64,000 nt of DNA from an uncultured Parcubacteria group bacterium (GCA_903944135.1 CAJAQL010000029.1:1487-65486); one strand, 5' to 3'. Shown: positions 9,039 through 18,921, counted from the first letter of the stretch. Numbers and translations are program-made. The notes: generated from the letters alone by a model not told the origin.

Positions 9039-9066
9039 GTCATTCCCGCGTAGGCGGGAATCCATG
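9039..9066. repeat. Single palindromic repeat unit (same family as in recG)
   Basis: gtcaTTCCCGCgtagGCGGGAAtccatg. Confidence 0.75.
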
Positions 9067-9191
9067 CTTTGAAAAAGAACAGAAGGAGCATGGACCCTCG
9101 CCGGAGTTCATCCCGGGTCCGTCGAGGGGCGAGAGCAACCCAGAAAAGAAGCACATGTCCGATGTCCGCTTTTAAGCGGGCATCGGACATT

Positions 9192-9220
9192 AATTTGGTT
9201 TACAACGAAAACTTCAAGCC
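9192..9220 (+). promoter_or_regulatory. Sigma70-like promoter for the 9263 gene
   Basis: TTTACA, a 17-nt spacer, TACAAT. An AAGGAG RBS lies 8 nt before the ATG at 9263. Confidence 0.45.
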
Positions 9221-9262
9221 ATACAATACAAGAAGTTCCCGGGGGCAAGGAGACCCCAAAAA

Positions 9263-9823
9263 ATGCAGAGAAAAATCTGGCTTCTCGTCGGGGCAGTACT
9301 CTTTGCCCTGATTGTTCTTGTGGTTCGTTGCGAACCGCACCCACCAAACTTCGCTCTCGTCGGAGCGTTCGCGCTCTGGGCGGGCGCCTATCTCGGTCGC
9401 CGCGTTGCGCCACTCGTGACCCTGGGAGTCATGCTCCTGGGCGATGCGCTATTCGGCTTCTACGCATGGCAGATCATGGCGGTCGTCTATGCGTGCACGC
9501 TGCTCTATGTCCTTATCGGTCGCCGCGTTGCGCCGAGTCTCGGTTCTCGCAATTGGCTGAGGCGTATCGGTGCACCATTTGCCGGCGTTTGCATCGGCTC
9601 ATCGATGTTCTTCGTTCTCACGAACGGGGCCGTCTGGATGTTCGGCAACATGTATCCGAAGAGCGCCGCGGGTTTTGCGGAGTCTCTCATTGCCGGTCTG
9701 CCTTTCTGGCGGAACGGTTTTCTCGCCGATATGATCGGCACGGCAGGCTTTTTCATCGCTTCCGCGATCCTTGCCGCAATTCTGCGGATCAGGGTGCGGC
9801 GCGCAGAACGGGTCTTGGCCTAA
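9263..9823 (+). CDS. Integral membrane protein (about 6 TM); possibly an ECF-type substrate-binding S component or similar small transporter
   Basis: 186 aa, very hydrophobic, with an internal duplication (GRRVAPLVTLG / GRRVAPSLGSR). No family recognised with confidence. Confidence 0.4.
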   Translation: MQRKIWLLVGAVLFALIVLVVRCEPHPPNFALVGAFALWAGAYLGRRVAPLVTLGVMLLGDALFGFYAWQIMAVVYACTLLYVLIGRRVAPSLGSRNWLRRIGAPFAGVCIGSSMFFVLTNGAVWMFGNMYPKSAAGFAESLIAGLPFWRNGFLADMIGTAGFFIASAILAAILRIRVRRAERVLA

Positions 9824-9938
9824 CTCGCAGTTTACAGTTCCTTGTCGGCGCTCTCCTTGGAGGGCGCCGCATTTTTATAGTTCAATTTTCTGCCATGATC
9901 CGCGGAGGCGGATCATCCGCGCTTTCGAGCGTTTGTTT

Positions 9939-9966
9939 TGTCGTTCCGAGCTTCGCGAGGAATCCC
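9939..9966. repeat. Degenerate variant of the palindromic repeat
   Basis: gtcgTTCCgagcttcgcgaGGAAtcccc shares the cttcgcgagg core with the 21149 variant. Confidence 0.4.
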
Positions 9967-10016
9967 CACGTTGACGAAAAAAGGATTCTTCGCAAGCTCA
10001 GAATGACTGTTGATAA

Positions 10017-10934
10017 TCAGTTATTGATAAGGAATTCTTCAACCATCTTTCCCGCCTCTTCCGGTTTCGCGATCCAGCGGATATTTTTATCTTTCCTGAA
10101 CCAGGTCATCTGGCGTTTGGCATAGTGCCACGTGTTATGTTTTATGATGTCGGTCGCTTGTTCAAGCGATATCTTGCCGTCGAGATAATCCACGATCTCG
10201 CGATAGCCGATGGCGTCGAACGCCGCGCAGGTCTTGCCGTATCTCTTTATGAGATTTTCAACTTCGGTGACGATACCATCCTGAAGCATGAGATCGATGC
10301 GACGATCGATCCGCTCGTGGAGGATCTCAGACGGAAGATCAATGCCGATCTTTAGGGCGGAGAACAACGGTTCGTTCTTTTTCCGCTGCGCCGTGAACGG
10401 TTCGCCCGTCAGGATCGCGACCTCGAGCGCGCGAACGATGCGCCGCGGATTTTTCGGATCGACGACATAAGCCGCATCGGGATCAAGATCTACGAGTTTT
10501 TTAAAGACCGCCACGAGTCCATTTTCTGCGATATCCTTTTCGATCGTTGCGCGCAGTTCGGGATCAGCTTTGATCTTCGGAATTTCGAGATTATCCAGGA
10601 CGGCGTCGATATAAAGTCCCGTACCGCCAACGAGGACCGGTAATCTTTTGTTTTTAAGAACATCCTCTATTGCCGCAATGGCGTCGTGCTTGTAGTCCGC
10701 GGCGGTGTATTCATCGTTTGGATCTTTAATATCAAGAAGATGATGGGGGATGTTCTCGCGCTCGGCAATCGGCGACTTCGCGGTTCCGATGTCCATACCG
10801 CGATAGATCTGGCGGGAATCGGCGGAGACGATCTCGCCGTGATATTTTTTTGCGAGCGAGATCGACAATGTCGTCTTGCCGCTTGCCGTCGGACCGACGA
10901 TCGCGATGATCTTTGGTTTTTCTTGGATGTTCAT
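10017..10934 (-). CDS. miaA: tRNA dimethylallyltransferase
   Basis: A P-loop IIAIVGPTASGKTTLSISLA, then ...SADSRQIYRGMDIGTAK, typical MiaA. Confidence 0.9.
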   Translation of the reverse strand: MNIQEKPKIIAIVGPTASGKTTLSISLAKKYHGEIVSADSRQIYRGMDIGTAKSPIAERENIPHHLLDIKDPNDEYTAADYKHDAIAAIEDVLKNKRLPVLVGGTGLYIDAVLDNLEIPKIKADPELRATIEKDIAENGLVAVFKKLVDLDPDAAYVVDPKNPRRIVRALEVAILTGEPFTAQRKKNEPLFSALKIGIDLPSEILHERIDRRIDLMLQDGIVTEVENLIKRYGKTCAAFDAIGYREIVDYLDGKISLEQATDIIKHNTWHYAKRQMTWFRKDKNIRWIAKPEEAGKMVEEFLINN

Positions 10935-11002
10935 ATTTTAAATTTACATAACTTATATTTCTCGATCTGAAGCGGGTTGTGGAAAATGTGAACCCAGAGT
11001 CA

Positions 11003-11031
11003 TTGCCACGGGATAACGTTTATAGTATAAT
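11003..11031 (+). promoter_or_regulatory. Promoter for rnpB
   Basis: TTGCCA, a 17-nt spacer, TATAAT. The predicted TSS coincides with the start of the P1 helix at 11039. Confidence 0.5.
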
Positions 11032-11038
11032 AGATTTT

Positions 11039-11422
11039 GGCAATTCAGGCGATTACTCTTCCCGCCTTCGGGCGAGAGGGGAGGAAAGTCCGGACGCTCT
11101 CCCTGCGCAAGCCGGGATAAAAAGGTAGCGGCTAACAGCCGCCATTCATAAGAACAGAGGTGCGAGCAGTGACGTCCCGAGGCGAAAGCCGAGGGAGTAC
11201 CCCATCCCAACGTTGAAGGTATAATTCTGCTATAGGGACAAAAAGGCAGAAGTGAAACGGCAAAATCCTTATCGAGCGCAAGGCCGTGTCCCGCGAAGCT
11301 CCGCAAGGAGCGTAGTGGGAAGTGCTGCATGAACCCGCGAGCAATCAAGGGTCAAGATAAATGATCGCCTCCGTATATCGCGCAAGCGAACTACGTAGAC
11401 AGAATCCGGCTTACCAATTGCC
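11039..11422 (+). ncRNA. rnpB: RNase P RNA (bacterial type)
   Basis: The universally conserved GGAAAGTCCGGAC segment (here GAGGAAAGTCCGGACGCTC). The 3' conserved ACAGAATCCGGCTTACC. A P1 helix pairing ggcaatt (5') with aattgcc (3'). An intrinsic terminator immediately follows. Confidence 0.85.
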
Positions 11423-11425
11423 AAC

Positions 11426-11453
11426 AAAAATCCCCGAGAAATCGGGGATTTTT
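11426..11453 (+). terminator. Terminator after rnpB
   Basis: aaaaATCCCCGagaaaTCGGGGATtttt. Confidence 0.7.
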
Positions 11454-11760
11454 GATTTCAACAGACAGAATTCGCAATACCTCTTGCGAGAAGGAATACC
11501 ATTGAAAAACGGGAATTCATGTCTTGCGTCAAAAAAATTCATCTTTAAGAACAAGACGATAACACTGGAAAAGTGAGGAAAAAACGCACGCACTAATCTA
11601 TTTTGGAATAGGATCAGCCCTACGGCCCGGAGTTCGTAGCGGCAGTTTCGCATAGGGAATTCGACGATCAGGCATTGAAAGTCAGGATCCTTGAGGTGAA
11701 ATCTGATTTCGGGAAAATGGCGGAGATCAAGAAGCTCATCGAGACAAGTCCCGGGCGCTA

Positions 11761-12387
11761 TCAATGATCTGTTTTGATCGCCGCAATGCCGCCCCGCAGG
11801 AAAAGCATGCTTTGATCGGCTATGGCAATGAGTTCATTGGCGGTTTTCTTATTGATCGGATTTTTTCGCGCGTAATCGTAGGCTATCTCGAGAGCCGCGC
11901 GCGACGCCGAAGCCGTTATTGCGGGAATGAGATTATTTTCTTTAACTCCCAGATCCCGGGCGATCTCGCGTTTAAGAAGTGCTTCGATCTGACTGAAATA
12001 GAACTTCTCCCGTGCCTGCAGGGATACTTGGGATATGATGATCTTGCGCCGCAACTGATGGATATATGCATCCTGCCTGGTGAATTGCTGCACTTGCGCA
12101 ATGATCCACGCGTGCAGGACATCAAGCGCGGTATCGGAAGATTTCCGATTCCGAAGCGATGCCTCAAGGTCCCGATCAATGTCCGATATTTCAACGAACA
12201 GAACATCTTCTTTTGATGAGAAATAGGAAAAAAAGGTGCGTGGCGCGATATTCGCGGCTTTGGCGATTTCGGCGACCGTTGCTTTTGCGTAGCCGTTTTT
12301 CTTAAATAGGGCATAGGCACTCTCAATGATCGCTCTGCGGGTGCGGATCTTCTTGTTCTGGCGGGGAGAAACATCCGATGATTTCAT
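11761..12387 (-). CDS. TetR/AcrR family transcriptional regulator
   Basis: An N-terminal HTH (RTRRAIIESAYALFKKNGYAKATVAEIAKAANIAPRTFFSYFSSKEDVL). Divergent from the oleate hydratase gene. Confidence 0.85.
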   Translation of the reverse strand: MKSSDVSPRQNKKIRTRRAIIESAYALFKKNGYAKATVAEIAKAANIAPRTFFSYFSSKEDVLFVEISDIDRDLEASLRNRKSSDTALDVLHAWIIAQVQQFTRQDAYIHQLRRKIIISQVSLQAREKFYFSQIEALLKREIARDLGVKENNLIPAITASASRAALEIAYDYARKNPINKKTANELIAIADQSMLFLRGGIAAIKTDH

Positions 12388-12489
12388 GCTTGTTACTATA
12401 TCTACTTTATGCACAGAATGCAATTTTGCATCGGTTGCAATATTTTACTATACTGAGAGCAAGGTTGAAGTATAAATACAATATTAATT

Positions 12490-14094
12490 ATGAAAAAAAT
12501 AGTATCTAGCAAAAAGGGCAATGAAAAGAAAGCGTGGCTTGTGGGGGGCGGCATTGCATCGCTCGCAAGTGCGGCATATCTGATCCGCGACGGGCACATG
12601 TCCGGAAAGAATATCCATATTTTCGAGGAATCGGACAAGCAAGGTGGTGCGCTTGATGCGCAGAATTCACCCGAGAAGGGATATGTCATGCGCGGCGGGC
12701 GGATGTTGGAAGAGCATTATGGCTGCACGTATGACCTTTTGTCGTTCATTCCGTCGCTCGATGATCCGGGGAAAAGCGTGACGGACGAAATCACTATTTT
12801 CAACAAGAAAATAAAAACCTATGCGGAGGCCCGCTTGGTGCGTGACGGAAAGAAACTCGACATGAAATCCCTTGGCTTCAGCGAGGAGGATCGGGTCGAT
12901 TTTATCAAATTGATCGCGACTCAAGAAGATGCGCTCGGTACTGAGCGCATCAATGAATGGTTCAAACCTGCGTTCTTTAAAACGAATTTCTGGTTTTTCT
13001 ACTGTACAACGTTCGCTTTTGAGCCGTGGCACAGTCTAGTGGAATTTCGGCGATACCTTCTCCGCTTTATCCATCTTTTCCCGGGTGACGGCCTACGACA
13101 TCTTACCGGCATCTGGCGTACGCCGAAGAATCAATATGAATCGATCGTTTTACCGCTCGTTGCGTGGCTCAAGAAGAAGGGTGTCGTGTTTGAAATGGGT
13201 TCGCGGGTTGCGGGCCTCGATTTCAAATCGAGAAAAACGGGCAAGCGGGTAATAGGTATTCATTATCTTCGTGACGGAAAACAGGAAAAAGTGACGCTCG
13301 GTAGAAACGACTTCGTATTCGTCACGAACGGTTCAATGACGGCCGATTCGACGTACGGAAGCATGATCTCGGCGCCGGTTCTTCAAGAGAAGAAGACTGA
13401 TGGCGCGTGGAAGTTGTGGGAAAGCATTGCGAAGGAAAGTTCGGAGTTTGGGCGCCCCGAAGTATTTGATACGCACATTGCCGAATCGAAGTGGGAATCG
13501 TTCTCGCTCACATTCAAAAGCCCTCTTTTCTTCGATCTGATGGAGAAGTTTACGAGCAACGAAGCGGGAACAGGAGGATTGGTCACCTTCACGGATTCCA
13601 ACTGGCTCATGTCGATTGTTCTTGCGCATCAGCCGCATTTCAATCATCAACCCAAGGGAATATTCGTAGGTTGGGCTTACGGCCTCTTTCCCGACAAAAT
13701 AGGAAATTATGTGAAGAAAAAAATGTCGGATTGTACCGGCGAAGAGTTTCTCATCGAGCTTTGCCATCATCTGAATTTCGACAGGGATATCCCTGAGATC
13801 GTAAAATCGGCGATTATCATCCCATGCATGATGCCGTATATCACGAGCCAGTTCCTGGTGCGTGCGAAAGGCGATCGGCCGCTCGTCGTGCCGAAGAATT
13901 CGGAAAATCTCGCGTTCATCGGACAATATGCCGAAGTACCGGATGATTGCGTATTCACGGTAGAATATTCCGTGCGCACCGCACAGACCGCGGTGTATTC
14001 CCTCCTTCATCTCGATAAAAATCCGACGCCGATCTATAAAGGGCAGTATGACATCAAGGTTCTTTTTGACTCGTTCAAAACAATGCACGAGTGA
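12490..14094 (+). CDS. ohyA: Oleate hydratase (myosin-cross-reactive antigen family, FAD-dependent)
   Basis: N-terminal KAWLVGGGIASLASAAYLIRDG...IHIFEE (Rossmann/FAD motif) and overall MCRA-family architecture at 534 aa. TetR is divergent upstream. Confidence 0.75.
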   Translation: MKKIVSSKKGNEKKAWLVGGGIASLASAAYLIRDGHMSGKNIHIFEESDKQGGALDAQNSPEKGYVMRGGRMLEEHYGCTYDLLSFIPSLDDPGKSVTDEITIFNKKIKTYAEARLVRDGKKLDMKSLGFSEEDRVDFIKLIATQEDALGTERINEWFKPAFFKTNFWFFYCTTFAFEPWHSLVEFRRYLLRFIHLFPGDGLRHLTGIWRTPKNQYESIVLPLVAWLKKKGVVFEMGSRVAGLDFKSRKTGKRVIGIHYLRDGKQEKVTLGRNDFVFVTNGSMTADSTYGSMISAPVLQEKKTDGAWKLWESIAKESSEFGRPEVFDTHIAESKWESFSLTFKSPLFFDLMEKFTSNEAGTGGLVTFTDSNWLMSIVLAHQPHFNHQPKGIFVGWAYGLFPDKIGNYVKKKMSDCTGEEFLIELCHHLNFDRDIPEIVKSAIIIPCMMPYITSQFLVRAKGDRPLVVPKNSENLAFIGQYAEVPDDCVFTVEYSVRTAQTAVYSLLHLDKNPTPIYKGQYDIKVLFDSFKTMHE

Positions 14095-14173
14095 TCAATG
14101 TGCGGAAGAGGATACGACAGAAAACGATGAGGATTGCATTTGATAAAAATAACGTAATGTTAGAATCAACGTA

Positions 14174-14848
14174 ATGAACACAGAAAATAGTTTCGGTACA
14201 TTTTTGCGCGGGGTCTATGCTTGGATGTTCCTTGGTCTTCTTCTTACCGCCATAACGGCCTTCGCAGTATCGACCAGCCAAAGCTTGGCGCAGATCGTCA
14301 TTGGCAATTCGTTCGTCTTCTACGGTTTAATGGTCGTCGAGCTGATATTGGTATTCGTACTTGCCTCCCGCGTGAAGAATATGTCGCCCTCCGCGGCAAC
14401 ATGTCTATTTTTGCTTTATTCCGTTCTGAACGGTGCAACGTTCGCTTCCATCTTCCTCGCATATACCGGCGCTTCCATCGTTCTCGCCTTTGCGGGAACG
14501 GCAGTGATGTTCGGCGTGGTAAGCCTCTATGGCTCTATCACCAAGAAGGATCTGACCGGCCTCGGTCACTTTATGGGTATGGCACTCATTGGATTGATCG
14601 TGGTTTCCCTTATTGATGTTTTTTTTGCCAGCCAGACGCTGGATTGGATAACCTCCTGGGCGGGCATCATCATCTTTACAGCACTCACGGCATATGATAC
14701 GCAAAAGATGAAACGGCTGTACGGTGGCATTGAATCGGATGCCGACGGACGATCATTGTCGATCATGGGAGCTCTCACGCTGTATCTCGACTTCATCAAT
14801 CTGTTTCTGGACCTGCTCCGCATCTTTGGACGTCAAAGGAGCGATTGA
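14174..14848 (+). CDS. Bax inhibitor-1/YccA family membrane protein
   Basis: 7 TM helices and the C-terminal ...GALTLYLDFINLFLDLLRIFG motif typical of the BI-1 family. Confidence 0.75.
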   Translation: MNTENSFGTFLRGVYAWMFLGLLLTAITAFAVSTSQSLAQIVIGNSFVFYGLMVVELILVFVLASRVKNMSPSAATCLFLLYSVLNGATFASIFLAYTGASIVLAFAGTAVMFGVVSLYGSITKKDLTGLGHFMGMALIGLIVVSLIDVFFASQTLDWITSWAGIIIFTALTAYDTQKMKRLYGGIESDADGRSLSIMGALTLYLDFINLFLDLLRIFGRQRSD

Positions 14849-14889
14849 TGGTAAAAGGCCGATAAAATAGTATAAATAAATTTTTAAAT

Positions 14890-15099
14890 ATGGAACAAAT
14901 GGACATTGTTTTGAAATCGATCCGCAGTATGGCATGGACGCTGGCGCTTCAGGGGATCCTTGCGATCATTTTCGGAATTTTGATCTTCATATATCCACTT
15001 CTGTTGAATGCATTTGTCAGTTTTATACTTGTGGTCATCGGCATCATCGGTATCGTCGCGGCAATCAAGATCGGCAAGTACGCAAAGATAAAAGTTTAA
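14890..15099 (+). CDS. Small membrane protein, HdeD/DUF308-like
   Basis: 69 aa with two TM helices and a GILAIIFGILIFIYP motif. Confidence 0.45.
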   Translation: MEQMDIVLKSIRSMAWTLALQGILAIIFGILIFIYPLLLNAFVSFILVVIGIIGIVAAIKIGKYAKIKV

Positions 15100-15482
15100 T
15101 ATTGGAACCGCGGAATAAGGGTATCCGATGTTGGCAAGGGGCATCGGACATTTTGTTCGAGCGGTGATCCGGTATTTGTAGGCCATCTCCTCCGGGCAGA
15201 TTCTGATGTTCTCAAGCAAAGCCTTTATAAATCCTAAGGGTGTCACGCTCTTTAAAAAGACGCTGCGCAGCATCTTTTATTAAGATTAAAAAACTGCAGT
15301 TTCTCTCTTGAAACCTTTCTTTACCTCTTGACTGATATATACATAGCAAGTATAACTTAACCATAGTTCTTTCCCACATGAAAACGTGGTTGTAGCCATA
15401 AGACACTGGAAATGTCGGTGCTTTATGGCTATGACCACGGCACGAACAAAGTGGTTCTCTGGCAGAAAAAGGAGATAATGTC

Positions 15483-16148
15483 ATGGGACGAATCACTGTT
15501 GACCAATCCCATCAAGTCATGGCGACGCTCGCCATTAACACAAAATGGGAAGAGATTGACTTCGAGCAGGCGCAGCTTCAAGAGCTCGTCATCCGCAACC
15601 CCAAGGGCGCGGGCGAGCAGTTCGGGGCCTTCCTCAAAAACGGCGGCCGCGTGATGGTGAACGTGCGAGCCTTTCAAGTCTGGAAAACTATCAAACTCGG
15701 CACGCACAAGGACGCAGCGGCGCTCAAGCAGGCAATCGTGGAGAACGGCCTGCAGATGATCGATCGGGCGTCGGACATCATAGGCAAGCCTGCATTCACT
15801 CTGGCAACGGAGGAAACAACGCTTGACCTTGTGAATGTTTCGGTTGCAGACCTCGGTTTCACCAAGGTGGCACTGCTCAATGACGTGGATATCTATGCTC
15901 GGGCAATCGAACTTGGCCTCTCGCTCTGTCCTGCAGAAGTGGGGCCGCAGCTCCGGCGGCAGTATCTCGATCAACCGAAAGGCGAATGGCTCCGTATCGC
16001 AATGAAAGCTATCGCTGATTCGGGCGGCGACATAAACGTCTTCCGCGTCGGACACGATGAGGTTGGGCGTCGTCTCGGCACATATTGGGTTGGCCCCGGT
16101 AGCGTGCAGAATCCCACCTACCGCTTTGTATTCACTCTTCGTAAGTAG
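15483..16148 (+). CDS. Hypothetical protein
   Basis: An ORF of 221 aa with no recognisable motif. The upstream leader contains an 8-bp stem hairpin (agccataa...ttatggct). Confidence 0.4.
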   Translation: MGRITVDQSHQVMATLAINTKWEEIDFEQAQLQELVIRNPKGAGEQFGAFLKNGGRVMVNVRAFQVWKTIKLGTHKDAAALKQAIVENGLQMIDRASDIIGKPAFTLATEETTLDLVNVSVADLGFTKVALLNDVDIYARAIELGLSLCPAEVGPQLRRQYLDQPKGEWLRIAMKAIADSGGDINVFRVGHDEVGRRLGTYWVGPGSVQNPTYRFVFTLRK

Positions 16149-16221
16149 TTTCGTACCAGTCCTTAGGACTTCGGGAAGGGGGATTAATCTTCCTTTTCTC
16201 CCTTAGCCCACTGGTCTTCGC

Positions 16222-16266
16222 GGCGCATTTTTGAGGTTCACTCCTCGGATGCGCCGTTTTTTTGTT
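16222..16266 (+). terminator. Rho-independent terminator
   Basis: GGCGCAT-ttttgaggttcactcctcgg-ATGCGCC followed by gttttttt. Confidence 0.6.
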
Positions 16267-16425
16267 TAGACGAAGTTGAAACGCCAAAGGGAGTAAAACA
16301 AAGCTCATGAAAATATTCTACGAGGAGGGGTTAAGGAGTGAAAATATAGGCGGAGAAGCCACTGGTGCGGGATGATCAAAAAAGTTCAATCAAATTAAGG
16401 GTTAGCCCTACCCAAATATTCACAA

Positions 16426-16480
16426 TTGACAGATATTTGTCCCGTTTGGTACACTAGAGATAACTTACCGAACGGTAAGT
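16426..16480 (+). promoter_or_regulatory. Promoter plus TetR-type palindromic operator
   Basis: TTGACA (16426-31), an 18-nt spacer, TACACT (16450-55). Downstream is the perfect 18-bp palindrome ACTTACCGAACGGTAAGT (16463-16480), 12 nt before the TetR start. Confidence 0.55.
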
Positions 16481-16491
16481 AAAACCAAAAT

Positions 16492-17079
16492 ATGGAAGTA
16501 ACCTTAAAACAACCCGAGGATGCCATTCAAGATACCAAGCAATATATCATTGATACGGCCCGCCAGCTTTTCTCCGAATACAGCTATTTGGGAGTTTCGA
16601 TGAGCGATATCGCCAAAAAATTGAATATTACCAAGGCGGCGCTCTATTATCATTTCACCGGAAAAGCGGAGGTCTATGAAAAAGTGCTTGATGATGTTTT
16701 TTATGATTTGGATCTTACCATTGCCCAAGCGTTACGAGAGACGACTATTGATAAAAAACTGCATAAGTTGATTAAAAATTATCTCAATTTTGGTTTCGGA
16801 GAAAAGAATCTTATTAAAGCTTTTCTGCTGAAGTTGCCGCCTGCCGACGCGCAAATAACTAAGGACATAGTCCATTTGAAAGAGCGGCTTGCGCATCGCA
16901 TTCGGCCGATCGTCGAAGAAGTGGTGACAGATAAAAAATGGGTGAAAAAAGTAAATAGCCGGCTGCTGACGTCAATGCTTATGAGTATGATGGATGGCTT
17001 GATTTTGGAATATTCGTTCATCGGCAAAAAAGCAAATTCGGCGAAAGTTGCGAATCAGATCATAGCCGTTTTGTTTTAA
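16492..17079 (+). CDS. TetR family transcriptional regulator
   Basis: HTH: TARQLFSEYSYLGVSMSDIAKKLNITKAALYYHFTGKAEVYEKVL. Confidence 0.85.
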   Translation: MEVTLKQPEDAIQDTKQYIIDTARQLFSEYSYLGVSMSDIAKKLNITKAALYYHFTGKAEVYEKVLDDVFYDLDLTIAQALRETTIDKKLHKLIKNYLNFGFGEKNLIKAFLLKLPPADAQITKDIVHLKERLAHRIRPIVEEVVTDKKWVKKVNSRLLTSMLMSMMDGLILEYSFIGKKANSAKVANQIIAVLF

Positions 17080-17118
17080 AGGTCGAGCAGAACAGAAAAA
17101 ATAATCAATTTAAAAAAT

Positions 17119-18156
17119 ATGGCAGACGCAATAAAAAAAACAACTAATAAGGAAATAAGCATCATACAGAAAAAAGCAGAGTTCTATACGCCAGAAGAAA
17201 AACATTTCGCCCTCATGCCGATGTACGGCGAACCGGTAACGGGGCAATGGTGGTTCCATCAAGCCGTCTTTGACAATGGCTGGACCGTTCAGATCAATTT
17301 TATGATCATGAACTGGATACCCGATGTTTGGCTGGAATTACAAAGTCCGGACGGAGCTGTGACTGTAAAGCATTTCCTCCATGCTCCCGAAGATCTTCGT
17401 TATGTGCCGGAAGTGCATGATATCTCCTTCGGCAAGAGCCGTATTCATGGAAAATGGCCGAACTATGAGATGCACGTTGAAGAAGAGGGCTTTGCGTGCG
17501 ATCTGGCATTTGAAGAAGTTACGCAAAGCGTTTTTATGCCGCCGGACGGAGTCTTTGTCGGCCGGATGCAACCTCCCGCCACCCCGGTTTATCTGGGATA
17601 TGCTGTTCACCCGAGAAGTCTGGTGAGCGGAAAAATGATCGTGGAAGGCAAAGAAATTTCCGTCAAGGGAGAGGGATATCACGATCACCAGTGGCAGAAT
17701 ACCCCTCAGTCTCGCTTTCCAGCTACCCAGTGGCATTGGAGCAGCATTAAAATAAAGGATTATACGCTCATGTGGTGGGATATGACGTGCGCCGAGCTGG
17801 GCTACCAGCATTTCAGTTTTTTGTGGTGTCTGAAGGGCAAAGAGGTCATAGAGTTTGAACCACATTGCAACTATTATGTCGTGCCGAGCGACTTTGAAAT
17901 CGATCCGGTCACCATGTTCCCATGCCAAAAGAAAATACAAGTGTTGTTTGATATGCTCACCATCAAGGGCACGATGACGTACAAAAAGAAAAAAGTGCTT
18001 ATATCCTATCCTTTAGGGTCGCTGAAAGAACAAACCGAAAAGGGAAACCCGAACAGAGTCTACCGGCGTCTTTTGGCAGATCTCCACGTTGACCTTGAAA
18101 TATTGGGAGAAAAGGTAGTCGGAGATTCCGTTGAAATCATTGAGTTCGGCCTTTAG
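17119..18156 (+). CDS. CrtC/AttH-like (carotenoid 1,2-hydratase / lipocalin-like) family protein
   Basis: GQWWFHQAVFDNGW and GYHDHQWQN are related to the EWWYFNGH / DHQWAN motifs of the paralog at 18905. Confidence 0.5.
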   Translation: MADAIKKTTNKEISIIQKKAEFYTPEEKHFALMPMYGEPVTGQWWFHQAVFDNGWTVQINFMIMNWIPDVWLELQSPDGAVTVKHFLHAPEDLRYVPEVHDISFGKSRIHGKWPNYEMHVEEEGFACDLAFEEVTQSVFMPPDGVFVGRMQPPATPVYLGYAVHPRSLVSGKMIVEGKEISVKGEGYHDHQWQNTPQSRFPATQWHWSSIKIKDYTLMWWDMTCAELGYQHFSFLWCLKGKEVIEFEPHCNYYVVPSDFEIDPVTMFPCQKKIQVLFDMLTIKGTMTYKKKKVLISYPLGSLKEQTEKGNPNRVYRRLLADLHVDLEILGEKVVGDSVEIIEFGL

Positions 18157-18204
18157 TACAAAGGCAAAATTGACCCATCGCCTGACTATTTGGGTAAAAC
18201 TTAC

Positions 18205-18921
18205 ATGCTCAGTGTTATTATCCCGACTTTTAACGAAGAAAGATTTCTGCCCTGTCTTTTGACGTCCCTTAAAGAGCAGACATTCAATGATTTTGAAGTT
18301 ATTGTGTCCGACAACAATTCAACTGATGCCACGCGTTCAATTGCTTTGAAATCCGGCGCAACGGTGGTCAGGGGTGGATCGCCGGCTCATGGCCGCAATA
18401 ACGGCGCGAAAGTCGCCAAGGGTGAATGGCTGCTCTTTTTGGATGCCGATGTAATCCTGCCGCGTGATTTTCTGGAAATAACTATGGCGGAAATACAAGA
18501 ACATGATTTTTCTGTCGCCACATGTTTAGTTGATCCCCTCAGTGACAGGCGAATTGATAAATTCTTGCACGGAACGGTTAATGTCTACATTCGGGCAACG
18601 AAAGGGTTTTTCCCTCATGCGCCCGGTTTCTGCATCTTCTGCAAGAAAGAAGTTCACGAATCAGTCGGTGGATTTGATGAAAAAATAAAGCTGGCTGAAG
18701 ACCATGATTACGTATTCAGACTAAGCGGGGTTTGTGAGTTCGGCCTATTGAGAGACATTCGCATCCCCGTATCTGTCCGAAGATTGGATAAAGACGGCCG
18801 CTTTATCATTTGCATAAAGTACGTGGCCTGCGAGGCTCACCTCTTTTTCTTAGGGCCGGTTTATTCAGATATTTTTAATTATAAGTTCGGCAATTTTAAT
18901 CAGAATGTTAACCATAAGTAA
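18205..18921 (+). CDS. Family 2 glycosyltransferase
   Basis: MLSVIIPTFNEE...VIVSDNNSTD...FLDADV (DxD), a GT-A fold signature. The ORF track starts at a TTG 15 nt upstream. Confidence 0.8.
   Translation: MLSVIIPTFNEERFLPCLLTSLKEQTFNDFEVIVSDNNSTDATRSIALKSGATVVRGGSPAHGRNNGAKVAKGEWLLFLDADVILPRDFLEITMAEIQEHDFSVATCLVDPLSDRRIDKFLHGTVNVYIRATKGFFPHAPGFCIFCKKEVHESVGGFDEKIKLAEDHDYVFRLSGVCEFGLLRDIRIPVSVRRLDKDGRFIICIKYVACEAHLFFLGPVYSDIFNYKFGNFNQNVNHK

Noticed and set aside
7042-9065. Short ORFs beginning MDSRLCGND / MDSRLRGND (7042..7154 region, 8811..9065)
   Set aside because: The start codons and first residues are provided by the palindromic repeat unit (atggattcccgc...). They are translation artefacts of a dispersed repeat.
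10953-11348. 131-aa and 70-aa minus-strand ORFs
   Set aside because: Overlap the RNase P RNA gene; the region is a structured ncRNA with its own promoter and terminator.
13333-14088. 251-aa minus-strand ORF
   Set aside because: Antisense to the oleate hydratase gene.
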